Origin: Candidatus Hadarchaeum sp.
GTDB lineage: Archaea; Hadarchaeota; Hadarchaeia; Hadarchaeales; Hadarchaeaceae
Assembly (NCBI RefSeq): GCF_038871235.1
Contig: NZ_JAVZIN010000010.1
Span: 1 to 60,813 of the forward strand
Length of the DNA stretch: 60,813 nt
Direction of reading: 5' to 3'
Shown piece after piece: positions 9,334-19,570 of the stretch (positions are counted from its first letter, which is position 1; each line of letters begins with the position of its first letter). Made by a program: the position numbers and the translations under genes. The notes under the pieces are model-generated. The model ran no database searches. It saw only the letters and a list, made by a program, of their open reading frames with translations, and was not told where the DNA came from.

Positions 9334-10419
9334 TTAAAATTGCTGTTTAATCACTTCTGAGAGGGCCTGAAGCATCTCCTCGATGTCCTCCATAGGGATG
9401 TATCCCATGTTGCCGATCCTGAAGGTGCTGTCCTTGAGTGAGCCGTAACCTTTAGCGAGTTCAAATCCCTTCTGTCTCATCCGTTTGTAGACCTCAAGGC
9501 CGCTCATCGATTTCGGCGCACGGACGCAGGAAACGGTGGGACTTTGGCAGTCCGTCTTGGGGAAAAGGGAGAGGCCGAGGGCTTCCACCCCCTCCTTTAT
9601 CATCCGGCTGCGCCTCTGGTAGAGCTCCAGTCGCTTGGCCTTGCCGCCCTCCTTCTCAATGATCTCCAGCTCCTTGTTGAGCGCGGCAATCTGTGGCACC
9701 GGGGGCGTCATGTGGGTGCCCCAGTCCTCCTGATATTCCTCATAAAGTTTGAAGTCAAAGTACCAGCCCTTGTTTTTCGCCTTTTCTGATTTTTCGAGCG
9801 CCTCTTCACTTACGCTGCCCACCGCCAGGCCGGGCGGCACGCCGAAGCACTTCTGTGAGCTGGCGAAGCAGACGTCAATTCCCCACTCGTCAACCTTGAT
9901 CTCAACACCGCCCATTGCGCTCACCGCGTCAACGAAAAGCAGCTTGCCTTGTTCCTTGACCACTTTGGCCAGCTCTGGCAGAGGATTTATCACGCCGGTG
10001 CTGGTTTCGTTGTATGTGATCGTCACTGCCTCAACGTCGGGGCACTGAGAAAGTTTTTCCTCGAGCTGCTCTGGAGTGGTCGCACTGCCCAGCTCAGTTT
10101 CCAGTCGTTCGACCTCCCTTCCGTTGGATACTCCGACCTCTGCGTAGCGCTTGCCGAATTCCCCGTTGATGCAGCAGAGCATTTTTTTGTCAACACAGTT
10201 TCTCACGGTACCTTCCATCACACCTGAGCCCGAGCTCGGAAACAGGAAGACCTGATTTTTTGTCTCTAGAAATTTCTGTAATCTCTCAACCGTTTGCCGG
10301 TGTAGTTCCCGATACTCCTCGCTACGGTGGCTGAACATTTGTCGCCCCATCTCAGCGAGGACTTCTGGCCTGCAGGCAACCGGACCGACCGTGAACAGTT
10401 TCACAATAATCCCTCGCAT
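9334..10419 (-). CDS. Class V PLP aminotransferase (alanine-glyoxylate/serine-pyruvate family)
   Basis: NETSTGV, VDAVS, SSQKCFGVPPGL (PLP Lys), FRIGNMG. Confidence 0.88.
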   Translation of the reverse strand: MRGIIVKLFTVGPVACRPEVLAEMGRQMFSHRSEEYRELHRQTVERLQKFLETKNQVFLFPSSGSGVMEGTVRNCVDKKMLCCINGEFGKRYAEVGVSNGREVERLETELGSATTPEQLEEKLSQCPDVEAVTITYNETSTGVINPLPELAKVVKEQGKLLFVDAVSAMGGVEIKVDEWGIDVCFASSQKCFGVPPGLAVGSVSEEALEKSEKAKNKGWYFDFKLYEEYQEDWGTHMTPPVPQIAALNKELEIIEKEGGKAKRLELYQRRSRMIKEGVEALGLSLFPKTDCQSPTVSCVRAPKSMSGLEVYKRMRQKGFELAKGYGSLKDSTFRIGNMGYIPMEDIEEMLQALSEVIKQQF

Positions 10420-10500
10420 AATGAAGTCATCAGTTTCACTTATAACTTTCGGTATCAGGTTTTCAGAAGATTAGTTTGCTTGGGCTATCGGCGGAACAGG

Positions 10501-11733
10501 TTAGGTGGTATATTTTGAGTTGATCCGGACATAGTCGTAGGTCAGGTCGCATCCCCAGGCGGTGGCACAGGCCTTCCCCATGGCCAAGTCCACGTGAATC
10601 TCTATCTCGCGGCTTCGCAGAATGTCTCTCGCTCTCTCTAAAGCTCTTTTTCTGCAGGGCTTTCCCCTGGCAACAAGGTCCACCCGACCCCTTTCGCTAA
10701 CAAGTTCGATGCTGATCTTCGAGGGATTAAATATTGCCCCGGAGTAGCCCAAAGCTGAGGCGATGCGGCCCCAGTTCGGGTCTTTGCCGAAGACGGCGGC
10801 TTTAACCAAGTTGGAGCCAACGACAGCTCTGGCAGCCCTTCTTGCGTCGTCCAAGTTCTTGGCGTTCTTGATCATCACCTCGATCAGATGAGTGGCTCCT
10901 TCTCCATCCTTTGCAATCATCCAAGCCAGCTCAGTAAGGACAAATTTGAGACCTTCCCAGAACTCCTTGTCCTTTCTCTCTAAGGTGATGCGGCGATTTT
11001 TGGCCCGCCCGTTCGCCATCACGATCACGGTGTCGCTGGTGCTCATGTCTCCATCAATGCTGAGCATGTTGAAGCTATCGTCAACCGCCGACTGGAGCGC
11101 CGCCCTCAGCGCGTCCAGCGTTATCGAGACATCAGTAGCGATGAAGGCAAGCATCGTGGCAGTTTTCAACTTGGGAGCGATCATCCCGGCTCCTTTGGCA
11201 ATACCCCCAATTTTTACCGGCGTGCCGTCTTCGAGCTCTACTTGGACTGCGATTTCTTTTGGAGTGGTGTCGGTTGTCATGATGGCCTTTGCCGCGTTGA
11301 GGCTGGCCTCCCTCGAGTTGGAAAGCTCCTTCACGGCCGCGCGGATCCCAGCCTCCACCTTGCGCATGGGCAGATAGGCACCGATCAGCCCCGTTGAGGC
11401 CACTCCGATGTGATAAGGTCGCAGCTTGAGTAGCCGTGCCGTCAGCTGGGCCATCCGGCGGGCATCGCGAAGCCCTCTCTCCCCGGTGAATACATTGGAA
11501 ATGCCGGAATTGGCCACGATGGCCCCGAGCTTTCCCCTTTGAATATTCTTGGAGGTAACGATCACCGGCGCCCCTTTAACCCGATTGGTGGTGAAGGCCC
11601 CTGCAGCAGTGACCGGACCATCCTCGCTGGCTATCAGCATGATATCAAGTCCCCGCCGCTTTATTCCGGCTCTAACGCCTGCCGCCAGAAATCCAGGAAC
11701 TTCAGTAATGCCGCCCTCAAGAACCGTAGTCAT
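10501..11733 (-). CDS. argJ: Bifunctional glutamate N-acetyltransferase/ornithine acetyltransferase
   Basis: FTTN, STGLIG, MTTDT, KGAGMIAP..ATML autoproteolysis site, DGEGAT, DPNWGRI. Confidence 0.93.
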   Translation of the reverse strand: MTTVLEGGITEVPGFLAAGVRAGIKRRGLDIMLIASEDGPVTAAGAFTTNRVKGAPVIVTSKNIQRGKLGAIVANSGISNVFTGERGLRDARRMAQLTARLLKLRPYHIGVASTGLIGAYLPMRKVEAGIRAAVKELSNSREASLNAAKAIMTTDTTPKEIAVQVELEDGTPVKIGGIAKGAGMIAPKLKTATMLAFIATDVSITLDALRAALQSAVDDSFNMLSIDGDMSTSDTVIVMANGRAKNRRITLERKDKEFWEGLKFVLTELAWMIAKDGEGATHLIEVMIKNAKNLDDARRAARAVVGSNLVKAAVFGKDPNWGRIASALGYSGAIFNPSKISIELVSERGRVDLVARGKPCRKRALERARDILRSREIEIHVDLAMGKACATAWGCDLTYDYVRINSKYTT

Positions 11734-11781
11734 GACGCCACCAATGAAAAGAAAACATTTCTCCCTTAACTTCTTTATGGC

Positions 11782-13197
11782 TCAGCCGCTGTTTTTCAGA
11801 CCTCCGTACCTCACTAAAGCTGAGAGCGATAGAGCCGCTCTGGCTGGCGTGGGGTAGGTCGGAATGCCATTTTCCTCAAAGAGTTCCCGAATCTCGAGGG
11901 AGACCCTACCTCCAGGGAGGCAGACGACCAAAGGTTTGTCGTTTTTACCCTTAGTATCAACGACCATGTCAACGAAGGACTCAAGGTCGATAGTCGGCGT
12001 GTGGGGGATACAAGTCAAGATTAGAGAATCCACCGAGTCGTCATCGATCACGGCGCCTAGAGCTTCTCGAAATCTCTCATTGTCCGCGTCTCCACCTAGG
12101 TCCATCGGGTTGTGAAGGGTGACGTGAGGTGGAAAATTCATCTCAAGCTCGGCGACGGTTTTCTCACTTAGCTTTGCAATCGTCATGCCGTGCTTTTCCA
12201 GTTCATCAGCAATCATGACCCCGGCACCACCACCGTTGGTTATAACTGCCACCCTGTTGCCTCGGGCGGCGGGCTGGTAGGCGAGGGCCCTGGCGATATC
12301 GAACATTTCCTCCCAATCATATACCCTAATCATACCTGTTTGTTTTACCACGGCGTTAAATATTTCATCAGTGCCGGAGAGCGACCCCGTGTGCGAGAGC
12401 GCTGCCTTAGCTCCCGATTCAGTGATCCCACTTTTCAAAACAATTACCGGCTTCTCTTTGGTCACCTCCCGGGCTATCTTGGCGAACTTTCTACCCTCCT
12501 TTACGCCCTCAAGGTACATGGCGATGACCTTGGTTTCCTCGTCCCTAGCCAGAAATTCCAAAAGGTCCGCTTCGTCGATATCCGCCGCGTTACCATAACT
12601 GGCAAACTTGCTGATGCCTATCCTCTCACCAGCTGCCCAGTCCAGAAAGGCAATTCCCGAGGCGCCGCTCTGGGAGATGAAGGCGATCTTACCCTGCGGC
12701 GGCCTTTTCAGCCGGTAGCGCGGTATGAAAAGGGTATCGACCATCGATGTGGAACTGAAGACGCCCATGCAGTTGGGGCCCATTATTCTGAGGTGATATT
12801 TTCTGGAGATTCTGACCAGCTCCTCTTCCATCCCGGCACCTTCTTTTCCGCTTTCCCTAAAGCCGCTGGAGATCACTACAGCGGCCTTAACTCCTTTTTT
12901 ACCGCACTCCTCCAGCACCTCTTTCACCGATTTGGCTGGAACGGCGATGACGGCTAAATCCACGTTTTCAGGAACTGAGCTGATGTCAGGATAGCATTTG
13001 TGGGAGAGGATTTCCTGGGCGTTGGGGTTGATCAAGAAAAGTTTTGCGGTAAAACTCTCGATGAAATTTTTCGCGATCACATAGCCGATCTTTTTCTGTT
13101 TTGAGCTGGCTCCGATTACCGCGACCGATTTGGGATTGAAAAAGGGGGATATCGACCCAGGTTCTTCGAGAGCTTCTACCATCGTCTTCACCCGCAT
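11782..13197 (-). CDS. ADP-forming acyl/acetate-CoA ligase alpha subunit
   Basis: PKSVAVIGAS CoA-binding fold, GPNCMG, SQSGA, SHTGSL phospho-His, NPMDLGGDA. Confidence 0.85.
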   Translation of the reverse strand: MRVKTMVEALEEPGSISPFFNPKSVAVIGASSKQKKIGYVIAKNFIESFTAKLFLINPNAQEILSHKCYPDISSVPENVDLAVIAVPAKSVKEVLEECGKKGVKAAVVISSGFRESGKEGAGMEEELVRISRKYHLRIMGPNCMGVFSSTSMVDTLFIPRYRLKRPPQGKIAFISQSGASGIAFLDWAAGERIGISKFASYGNAADIDEADLLEFLARDEETKVIAMYLEGVKEGRKFAKIAREVTKEKPVIVLKSGITESGAKAALSHTGSLSGTDEIFNAVVKQTGMIRVYDWEEMFDIARALAYQPAARGNRVAVITNGGGAGVMIADELEKHGMTIAKLSEKTVAELEMNFPPHVTLHNPMDLGGDADNERFREALGAVIDDDSVDSLILTCIPHTPTIDLESFVDMVVDTKGKNDKPLVVCLPGGRVSLEIRELFEENGIPTYPTPARAALSLSALVRYGGLKNSG

Positions 13198-13240
13198 TTC
13201 ACTGTAGAAAGACGCACCATCGAGATTTTAAGGATATCCC

Positions 13241-14269
13241 TTAGGGTCGCAGGGCAGGGCCGCGCAGGCCATCCGTCTCCTCAAAACCCAGCATAATGTT
13301 CATGTTCTGGATGGCCTGCCCGGACGCACCTTTGACTAGGTTATCGATTACAGTGACGATGACGGCGCGGTTTCCGTCCGCCTCGTTTTCTAAACCGATA
13401 TCACAATAGTTGGACCCCACCACGTAGTTAACCTGGGGTAGCTCTTCCCTTACTCGCACGAAGGGCTCATCTCTGTAGAATTCTCGATAAATTTCCAGTA
13501 GCTCGGAATTTGTCATCGGTTTTTTGAGGAAGACATGGGCAGTGGAAAGGATGCCTCTGATGAGGGGGAGGAGGTGCGGCGTGAAGTGGGCCTTGACCTC
13601 CTGGCCGGCCAGCTTGCTCAGTTCCTGATCTATCTCCGGCGCGTGGCGGTGGGTGGTTGCTTTGTAGGCCGCGACATTGGCTCCCGCCACCGGGTGATGA
13701 GTGGATTCGGTGGGGATAGCGCCAGCTCCTGAGGTGCCCGTCTTAGCGTCTATAATTATATGTTCTAGATCAATCAATTTTTTCTTCACCAGAGGCGCTA
13801 GGCCGAGCAAAGCCGCGGTTGGAAAGCAGCCAGGGTTGGCCACCAGTCGGGCCAGTTTTATTTCTTTTCGATATAGTTCCGGAAGGCCATAAACCCCTTT
13901 TAGCTCTGGACTTTCGTGTTTCACATAATATTTTTCAAATATCTTCACGTCATCAAAGCGGTAGTCGGCGCTCAGGTCGATCACCTTGGTATTTTCCCTC
14001 AACAGTCCCGGGACAAGCTTCATGGCCACACCGTGCGGCGTGGCGGTGAAGACCACATCCGCTTTTTTGACAATTTTTTCACAGTTAGGCTCTTCAATCG
14101 TTAGGTCAATGATGTCGCGTAGGTGGGGGTGTATCTCACTTACCTTTTTTCCAGTATTTTTCATGCCATAGGCTCCAACAAGGTTGATCTTGGGGTGGCA
14201 GGCCAGCAACCTGAGGAGTTCGGCACCTGTGTATCCCGATGCTCCAATTATGGCCACGTTGACGGTCAT
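13241..14269 (-). CDS. argC: N-acetyl-gamma-glutamyl-phosphate reductase
   Basis: GASGYTG, DLSADYR, ANPGCFPT, DNLVKGASGQAIQN. Confidence 0.95.
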   Translation of the reverse strand: MTVNVAIIGASGYTGAELLRLLACHPKINLVGAYGMKNTGKKVSEIHPHLRDIIDLTIEEPNCEKIVKKADVVFTATPHGVAMKLVPGLLRENTKVIDLSADYRFDDVKIFEKYYVKHESPELKGVYGLPELYRKEIKLARLVANPGCFPTAALLGLAPLVKKKLIDLEHIIIDAKTGTSGAGAIPTESTHHPVAGANVAAYKATTHRHAPEIDQELSKLAGQEVKAHFTPHLLPLIRGILSTAHVFLKKPMTNSELLEIYREFYRDEPFVRVREELPQVNYVVGSNYCDIGLENEADGNRAVIVTVIDNLVKGASGQAIQNMNIMLGFEETDGLRGPALRP

Positions 14270-15759
14270 TTAAATCTCCTCTCGGCCTCCTTGATCAGAT
14301 TTTCCTCAGATCTGGTCACAGCCCGCCTCCATGTCCACAGCAGTTTGTGGTGTTTTCTGAGTTTAGTTTTTAAAGCAGTCAGCTGTTGTTTCAGTGCTTT
14401 TGGGCCGGGTGCGCCGATGATGTTTCTTGAGTAAACACAGTTCCTAGCATCTAGGGCCTTTTTCATTTTTTCCTGAGCCATGGTTATCTCCCTACCAATG
14501 ATTTCATGCGAGGCTTTTTTCAGGTCATCCACGGTGAGATCAGCCGCGGTTCGATTGTTTTCAACCGCGGTGGAAATCATCCGCCCCACAATCGAATGGG
14601 CTTCCCTGAATGATAGCCCGGCCTCCCGAACTAGGGTGGCCGCAAGTTCTGTGGCCGCTGAAAACCCTCGCTCAGCCTGCTTCAGCATTTCCTCCCGTCT
14701 GGGCTTTAAAGCCGCAATCAGCTTTTCCATTACCTCAAAGCTGCTGATGGTTTCGTCGATTGAGTTCCAGAGCAAAGGTGTTAGCTCTTGGAGGTCAAGG
14801 TTGTAAGCTTGAGGTAAAGCCTTCACCAGAGCGAGGGCTCCAGCCAAGTTGCCCATTACCCTCGCCGCCTTGGCCCGGGCCAGCTCAGCGATAACAGGAT
14901 TTTTTTTCTGAGGCATGATGCTGCTGGTCGAGGAGAACTCATCTGGAACATTTATCAAAGAAAACTCCGCAGACGACCAAAGGATGATTTCCTCCGCCAA
15001 CCGGCTGAGGTTGGTCATGGCGATGGCAGCGGCGCCAATTGATTGTAGGGCAAAGTCACGGGATCCGACGGCATCCATGGTATTCTCATCAACTTTTTTG
15101 AAACCCAGCAGGCGCGCAACTCTCGCCCGGTCGATGGGAAAGCTAGTGCCAGCGAAAGCGCAGGCCCCCATGGGAGAGGAATTGGTCATTTCATAGGCAT
15201 TTTCAATCCTTTCGATGTCCCTGAGGAAGGCCGCGCAGTATGAGAGGAGGTAGTGAGCGAAGGTGGTCGGTTCAGCCGTCTGGAGGTGGGTGTATCCTGG
15301 CATAACGGTTTCAATGTTTTTCTCCGCTTGGACCAGCAAGGTATTTACCAGTTTCAACAGCTGATCACCTAGGTCAAGCAGCTTCTTGCGGAGGGCGAGC
15401 CTGATCGCCGCGGAAACCTGATCGTTCCTGCTTTTCGCAGTGTGCAGCTTTCCACCGATTTCTTCCCCAATTTCCTTTATCACGAATTCCTCCACCGCCA
15501 TGTGGATGTCCTCCAACTCGGGCCTCAGGTCAAGCTTGGAAATCCCACCACGGTGGAGACTATGTAGCGCCTCCAAGATTGTCGCGGCTTCTTTCTCAGA
15601 AATGATTCCCTGCTCAGTCAACATGATGGTGTGGGCGATGTTGATCTGAACGACGGGATGAAAAATTGTTAAGTCATCCTTCATCGATGAAATGTATTCG
15701 CTAGCGGTAGGGTCCATAGGCCGCGCAAAACGTCCCCGCCGTAACAACCCGACACCCAT
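14266..15759 (-). CDS. argH: Argininosuccinate lyase
   Basis: SRNDQV, MPGYTHLQ, SSIMPQKKNP. Confidence 0.95.
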   Translation of the reverse strand: MGVGLLRRGRFARPMDPTASEYISSMKDDLTIFHPVVQINIAHTIMLTEQGIISEKEAATILEALHSLHRGGISKLDLRPELEDIHMAVEEFVIKEIGEEIGGKLHTAKSRNDQVSAAIRLALRKKLLDLGDQLLKLVNTLLVQAEKNIETVMPGYTHLQTAEPTTFAHYLLSYCAAFLRDIERIENAYEMTNSSPMGACAFAGTSFPIDRARVARLLGFKKVDENTMDAVGSRDFALQSIGAAAIAMTNLSRLAEEIILWSSAEFSLINVPDEFSSTSSIMPQKKNPVIAELARAKAARVMGNLAGALALVKALPQAYNLDLQELTPLLWNSIDETISSFEVMEKLIAALKPRREEMLKQAERGFSAATELAATLVREAGLSFREAHSIVGRMISTAVENNRTAADLTVDDLKKASHEIIGREITMAQEKMKKALDARNCVYSRNIIGAPGPKALKQQLTALKTKLRKHHKLLWTWRRAVTRSEENLIKEAERRFK

Positions 15760-15806
15760 TTCTATTAGTTTGCCCTGTTATAAGTGATTTACACAGACCG
15801 GGTGTT

Positions 15807-16994
15807 TCAAATATCAGGTTTTTTTCTGGACCAAGCAATCCGTTGCTGCAACCCATAGATCTTGATAAACGCCTCGGCTTCCGAGCCCTTCCAGCCTGCC
15901 GCCTGTGCATAGCGAGCTATCTTCTCGTTTATCAGGGAGTACGGTGACGTGACGCTTTCCTGCATAACGGACATTTCTTGCAGCCTCATGGTGACCTCCC
16001 CGCTGACGACTTCTTGGGTGGAATCGATGAACTTTTCGATATCTCTCATCACGGGCTCATAGAATAGCCCCCTGAAGGAGAGGTCCGCGTAGACATTGCC
16101 CAGCTGGTTTTTGAGGTTAAGCTGATGGTGGGTTAAAACCAGATTTTCCAGCGACCTGTGGGCTTCTATCAGCAGCAGCAAACCAGGCGCCTCAAAGGCC
16201 TGATAACCCTTGATCCCGAACGTTTCATCTTCTATGTACAGCCCCCGGCCGTAGCCATGGGCGCCGGCGATCTGATTTAGTTTGTGGAGCAGATCCACAC
16301 CATACATTTGCTTTCCATTTACCGCGGTGGGCACACCCTTTTCGAAGTTGATTTTCACCGATTCCGGCTCCCTCTTAGTTATCTTAGTTAAGACCCAAGC
16401 TTCCTCGTTCGGTGCCTTGTTCTCATCTATTTCAGATCCAGAGATGGTCCTCCCAAAGATGTTTTCATTTATCGTGTATTTTTTGGTCTCGCTTTTTACC
16501 TTGAAGCCTCTTCTCTCCAGATATTCTATTTCCTGTTCCCTGCGCATGCCGAGTTCCCTGGTAGGGGCGAATATCTTAAGATCCGGCGCTAAACTGTTGA
16601 CAGTTACATCAATCCTGACTTGGTCATTGCCCGCACCCGTGCAACCGTGAGCCACCGCTTTTGCGTTTTCTTTTTTAGCGATTTCAACGATGTGTTTTCC
16701 GATGACGTAACGGTCAGAGCACATAAGGGGGTAGACCCCCTGATAGAGCGCGTTAGCCTTTATGATGTAAGAGATTATTTCATCGAAGATTTCCCTTTTC
16801 GCATCGACAAAGTAATGTTTAACTGCCCCCAGCTCCCTAGAGCGGTTCTCAATGTACTCCAGCTCCTCGTTGCTCAACCCACCAGTATCTATGGTCGCGG
16901 TGATGACGTCAAAATTTTTCTCCTCCCTGAGGTACACCGTGCAAAAGCTGGTGTCCAGTCCGCCGGAGAACGCGAGCACGACTTTCTCAGCCAT
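15807..16994 (-). CDS. argG: Argininosuccinate synthase
   Basis: AFSGGLDTS, HGCTGAGNDQVR, GIKG..AFEAPG; start at ATG 16994. Confidence 0.93.
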   Translation of the reverse strand: MAEKVVLAFSGGLDTSFCTVYLREEKNFDVITATIDTGGLSNEELEYIENRSRELGAVKHYFVDAKREIFDEIISYIIKANALYQGVYPLMCSDRYVIGKHIVEIAKKENAKAVAHGCTGAGNDQVRIDVTVNSLAPDLKIFAPTRELGMRREQEIEYLERRGFKVKSETKKYTINENIFGRTISGSEIDENKAPNEEAWVLTKITKREPESVKINFEKGVPTAVNGKQMYGVDLLHKLNQIAGAHGYGRGLYIEDETFGIKGYQAFEAPGLLLLIEAHRSLENLVLTHHQLNLKNQLGNVYADLSFRGLFYEPVMRDIEKFIDSTQEVVSGEVTMRLQEMSVMQESVTSPYSLINEKIARYAQAAGWKGSEAEAFIKIYGLQQRIAWSRKKPDI

Positions 16995-17157
16995 ATTAAT
17001 CAACCACTTTCTCACATTTCCAGAATTTAAACTGTTTGGCCGCCTTTTAACCGCACCAAAAAGCCTTTTAGAGACCTTCATTAGTGTTATAATTGTTAAA
17101 AACTGGCCGGGTTCAGAATAATGCAGGTAAACACTAAATCACAAAAATCGTGATGAA

Positions 17158-17445
17158 ATGGAAGTTGTCGTCAGATTGAGTGATGAGCTCCGCAAGCGTG
17201 CAGGAACCGACACGATAAAGATACCGATCGACGAAGACGAAACAGTAGATACTTTGTTGATGAAGCTCGGCCGCAGACATCCTAAGCTAGTTGAGCTGGT
17301 GCTGGACCCCACCACCGGGGAGGCCAAGGGAAGCTACGAAATACTCATTAATGGCAGGCGCATCCGGCACCTCCGCGGCATTTACACCAAGTTGAAGCAC
17401 AAGGACGAAGTTTTAATTGCCCAGAGTGAACCGGAGTCCTCTTGA
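17158..17445 (+). CDS. MoaD/ThiS/SAMP-like ubiquitin-fold protein lacking the C-terminal GG
   Basis: LRKRAG, TVDTLL, ILINGRRI, TKLKHKDEVLI beta-grasp pattern; ends SEPESS. Confidence 0.75.
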   Translation: MEVVVRLSDELRKRAGTDTIKIPIDEDETVDTLLMKLGRRHPKLVELVLDPTTGEAKGSYEILINGRRIRHLRGIYTKLKHKDEVLIAQSEPESS

Positions 17446-17473
17446 TTTTTTTCCCGACTTCACAAGTAACCGC

Positions 17474-18865
17474 TCATTTCAACGGCCATCTTGATCTGAC
17501 GTTTAAACCCAGACGTTTGTCAACAGCTAGTCCCGCATCCATGGCCTTTTGGATCACTTCTTCCTCGTCTAAACCCATTACGCTACGATTTTCCATGACG
17601 ATTTTTCCATCAATGATTGCGGTATCGACATCGCTGCCGTTCGCCGCGTAGACTAGATTGGAGACAGGGTTTCGCACTGGCACTAAGTGTGGTTTTCGCA
17701 AGTCAACCACAATTAGGTCCGCAACTTTTCCCCGTTCGATGGATCCTATTTTATTCCTCCAGAGCGTCGCCTTAGCCCCGTTTAGGGTGGCCATCTCCAG
17801 TACAGTTTCGGCGGGAAGCACCTCAGGGTCTAGGAGCCTTGCCTTGTGGATGAGGGCAGCCAGCTTCATCTCTCTTATCATGTCGTAGCAGTTGTTACTA
17901 GGTCCGCCGTCGCAACCGAGCGCCACGTTAATTCCTGAGTTCAGCATCTCGGGAATCGGGGCGAACCCTGAGGCCAGCTTCAGGTTGCTTGCCGGACAGT
18001 GGCACACAGTACTTCCGGTTTTTTGCAGAATTTTGAAATCATCTGGGGGGATCCAGACGCCGTGGGCATATATAACATTAGGTCCAACGATTCCACAGTG
18101 CTGCATGAATTCCATGGGAGTCATTCCGAACTCCCGCCGCAGATATTCGATGTCTCTTTTTACCTCACCGAGATGAATCGTGATTCCGGTTTTATATTTT
18201 CTGGCCTTTTCAGAGATTTCACGGTAAAAATCTACAGTGCAGGCTCCAGGTGTTCGAGCGCCGAACCAAACATGAATTCTGTTGTTAGCTTTTCCGTGCC
18301 AGCGTCTAATCATCTCAATAGTTTGTCTGATGGTGGTTTCGCCGTCTTCTATCATTCCGCTAGGGATGGCATCCTTCTGGTCGGCGTAGCCGGAGATGTT
18401 CATTAATGACTTGGATAGAACGGCCCGAATGCCAATTTTCTCGACGGTTTTAGCGATCTCGTTGAATCCATACCTCCAGTGGAGCAGACTTTCTACAAAG
18501 GTTGTGGTACCCGATTTAATCATTTCGAGGCAACAGAGCTTGGCGCTTAGCTCACCCTCTTTCGGAGTATATGCTCCTTGGAGCGGTAGCACCCGCTCGC
18601 GCAGCCAAGGGATTAAGGCTAGGTCGTCGGCGCAGCCGCGGATCAGCGCTTGCGCTAAATGGACATGGCAATCAATCAACCCCGGGAGCACCAGTTTTCC
18701 GCTGCAATCGATCTCAACATCAGCTCGGTGTAATGTCTTTACCTTTTTTGTTTTTTCAACTTCGACTATCTTGTTTCCTTCAACAACAACAGCTCCATCT
18801 TGGATTATCTCGCGTCGGTGATTCATGGTGATCACCGTCGCATTTTTGAGAATAATGTCCGCCAT
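17474..18865 (-). CDS. Amidohydrolase (MtaD/SsnA-like nucleoside or base deaminase)
   Basis: PGLIDCHVH (HxH), IHLGE, AHGVW, HCPASNLKLASG, LGCDG. Confidence 0.85.
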   Translation of the reverse strand: MADIILKNATVITMNHRREIIQDGAVVVEGNKIVEVEKTKKVKTLHRADVEIDCSGKLVLPGLIDCHVHLAQALIRGCADDLALIPWLRERVLPLQGAYTPKEGELSAKLCCLEMIKSGTTTFVESLLHWRYGFNEIAKTVEKIGIRAVLSKSLMNISGYADQKDAIPSGMIEDGETTIRQTIEMIRRWHGKANNRIHVWFGARTPGACTVDFYREISEKARKYKTGITIHLGEVKRDIEYLRREFGMTPMEFMQHCGIVGPNVIYAHGVWIPPDDFKILQKTGSTVCHCPASNLKLASGFAPIPEMLNSGINVALGCDGGPSNNCYDMIREMKLAALIHKARLLDPEVLPAETVLEMATLNGAKATLWRNKIGSIERGKVADLIVVDLRKPHLVPVRNPVSNLVYAANGSDVDTAIIDGKIVMENRSVMGLDEEEVIQKAMDAGLAVDKRLGLNVRSRWPLK

Positions 18866-18953
18866 CAGACTCAATCATGTAATACTCTTTTACTTCTTTA
18901 GCTTTTCCAAAACGTTAAACAACTTCAGCCAGCTACTCTTGTAAGGGGTTCAA

Positions 18954-19550
18954 TTGGAGATAGTCCTGGTGGGTAGATCTAACGTCGGAAAATCCAGCAT
19001 CATCAGACAGCTAACTGGCAAGAAAGTCGTCGTGGGCAAGCGGCCTGGTGTCACCCGCAGGATAACTCGCTACCAAGTGGGGAAAATGGATATTGTTGAT
19101 ATGCCCGGGTTTGGCTTCATGAGCAGGGTACCGAGATTTCTTCAAGAAAAAATTAAAACGGAGATAGTGCGTTACCTAGAAAACAATCGTAAGGAGATAG
19201 TTCTTGCGATGGAGGTTGTGGATGCCCGTTCTTTTTCCGAGATAGCAGAAAGGTGGCAAAAGAGGGGCCAGATTCCGGTCGATGTGGAAATGTTTTCTTT
19301 CTTGAATGAGTTAAATCTCAGCCCAATAGTCGTTATCAATAAAATAGATTTAATTCCTAACACATATCGCGACGTGGTATTGGATGATATCTGTGACAAG
19401 TTGGGTTTGCCGCCACCATGGCGTCAGTGGGTCGACGTTTTGGCCCCAGTTTCGGCGAAGACAGGGGAGGGAATTCCAGAACTGAAAAAGATAATAAAAC
19501 GAAGGATTCATGCTTTAGGTCTAGGACGCTATCTGGGCTGGCTGAAATGA
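18954..19550 (+). CDS. engB: GTP-binding protein EngB/YihA
   Basis: GRSNVGKS, RPGVT, DMPGFG, NKID, SAK. Confidence 0.9.
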   Translation: MEIVLVGRSNVGKSSIIRQLTGKKVVVGKRPGVTRRITRYQVGKMDIVDMPGFGFMSRVPRFLQEKIKTEIVRYLENNRKEIVLAMEVVDARSFSEIAERWQKRGQIPVDVEMFSFLNELNLSPIVVINKIDLIPNTYRDVVLDDICDKLGLPPPWRQWVDVLAPVSAKTGEGIPELKKIIKRRIHALGLGRYLGWLK

Positions 19551-19570
19551 AACTTCTATCTTAATCGATT

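Noticed and set aside
12190-12957. Long antisense or alternative-frame ORFs (also 22119-22760, 35938-36579, 6143-6730)
   Set aside because: They lie opposite well-supported genes and carry no recognisable motifs.
17081-17137. Inverted repeat TTAGTGTT/AACACTAA upstream of argG as an ARG box
   Set aside because: Only 8 bp with long spacing in AT-rich DNA, a poor match to an ARG box, and no argR in the window.
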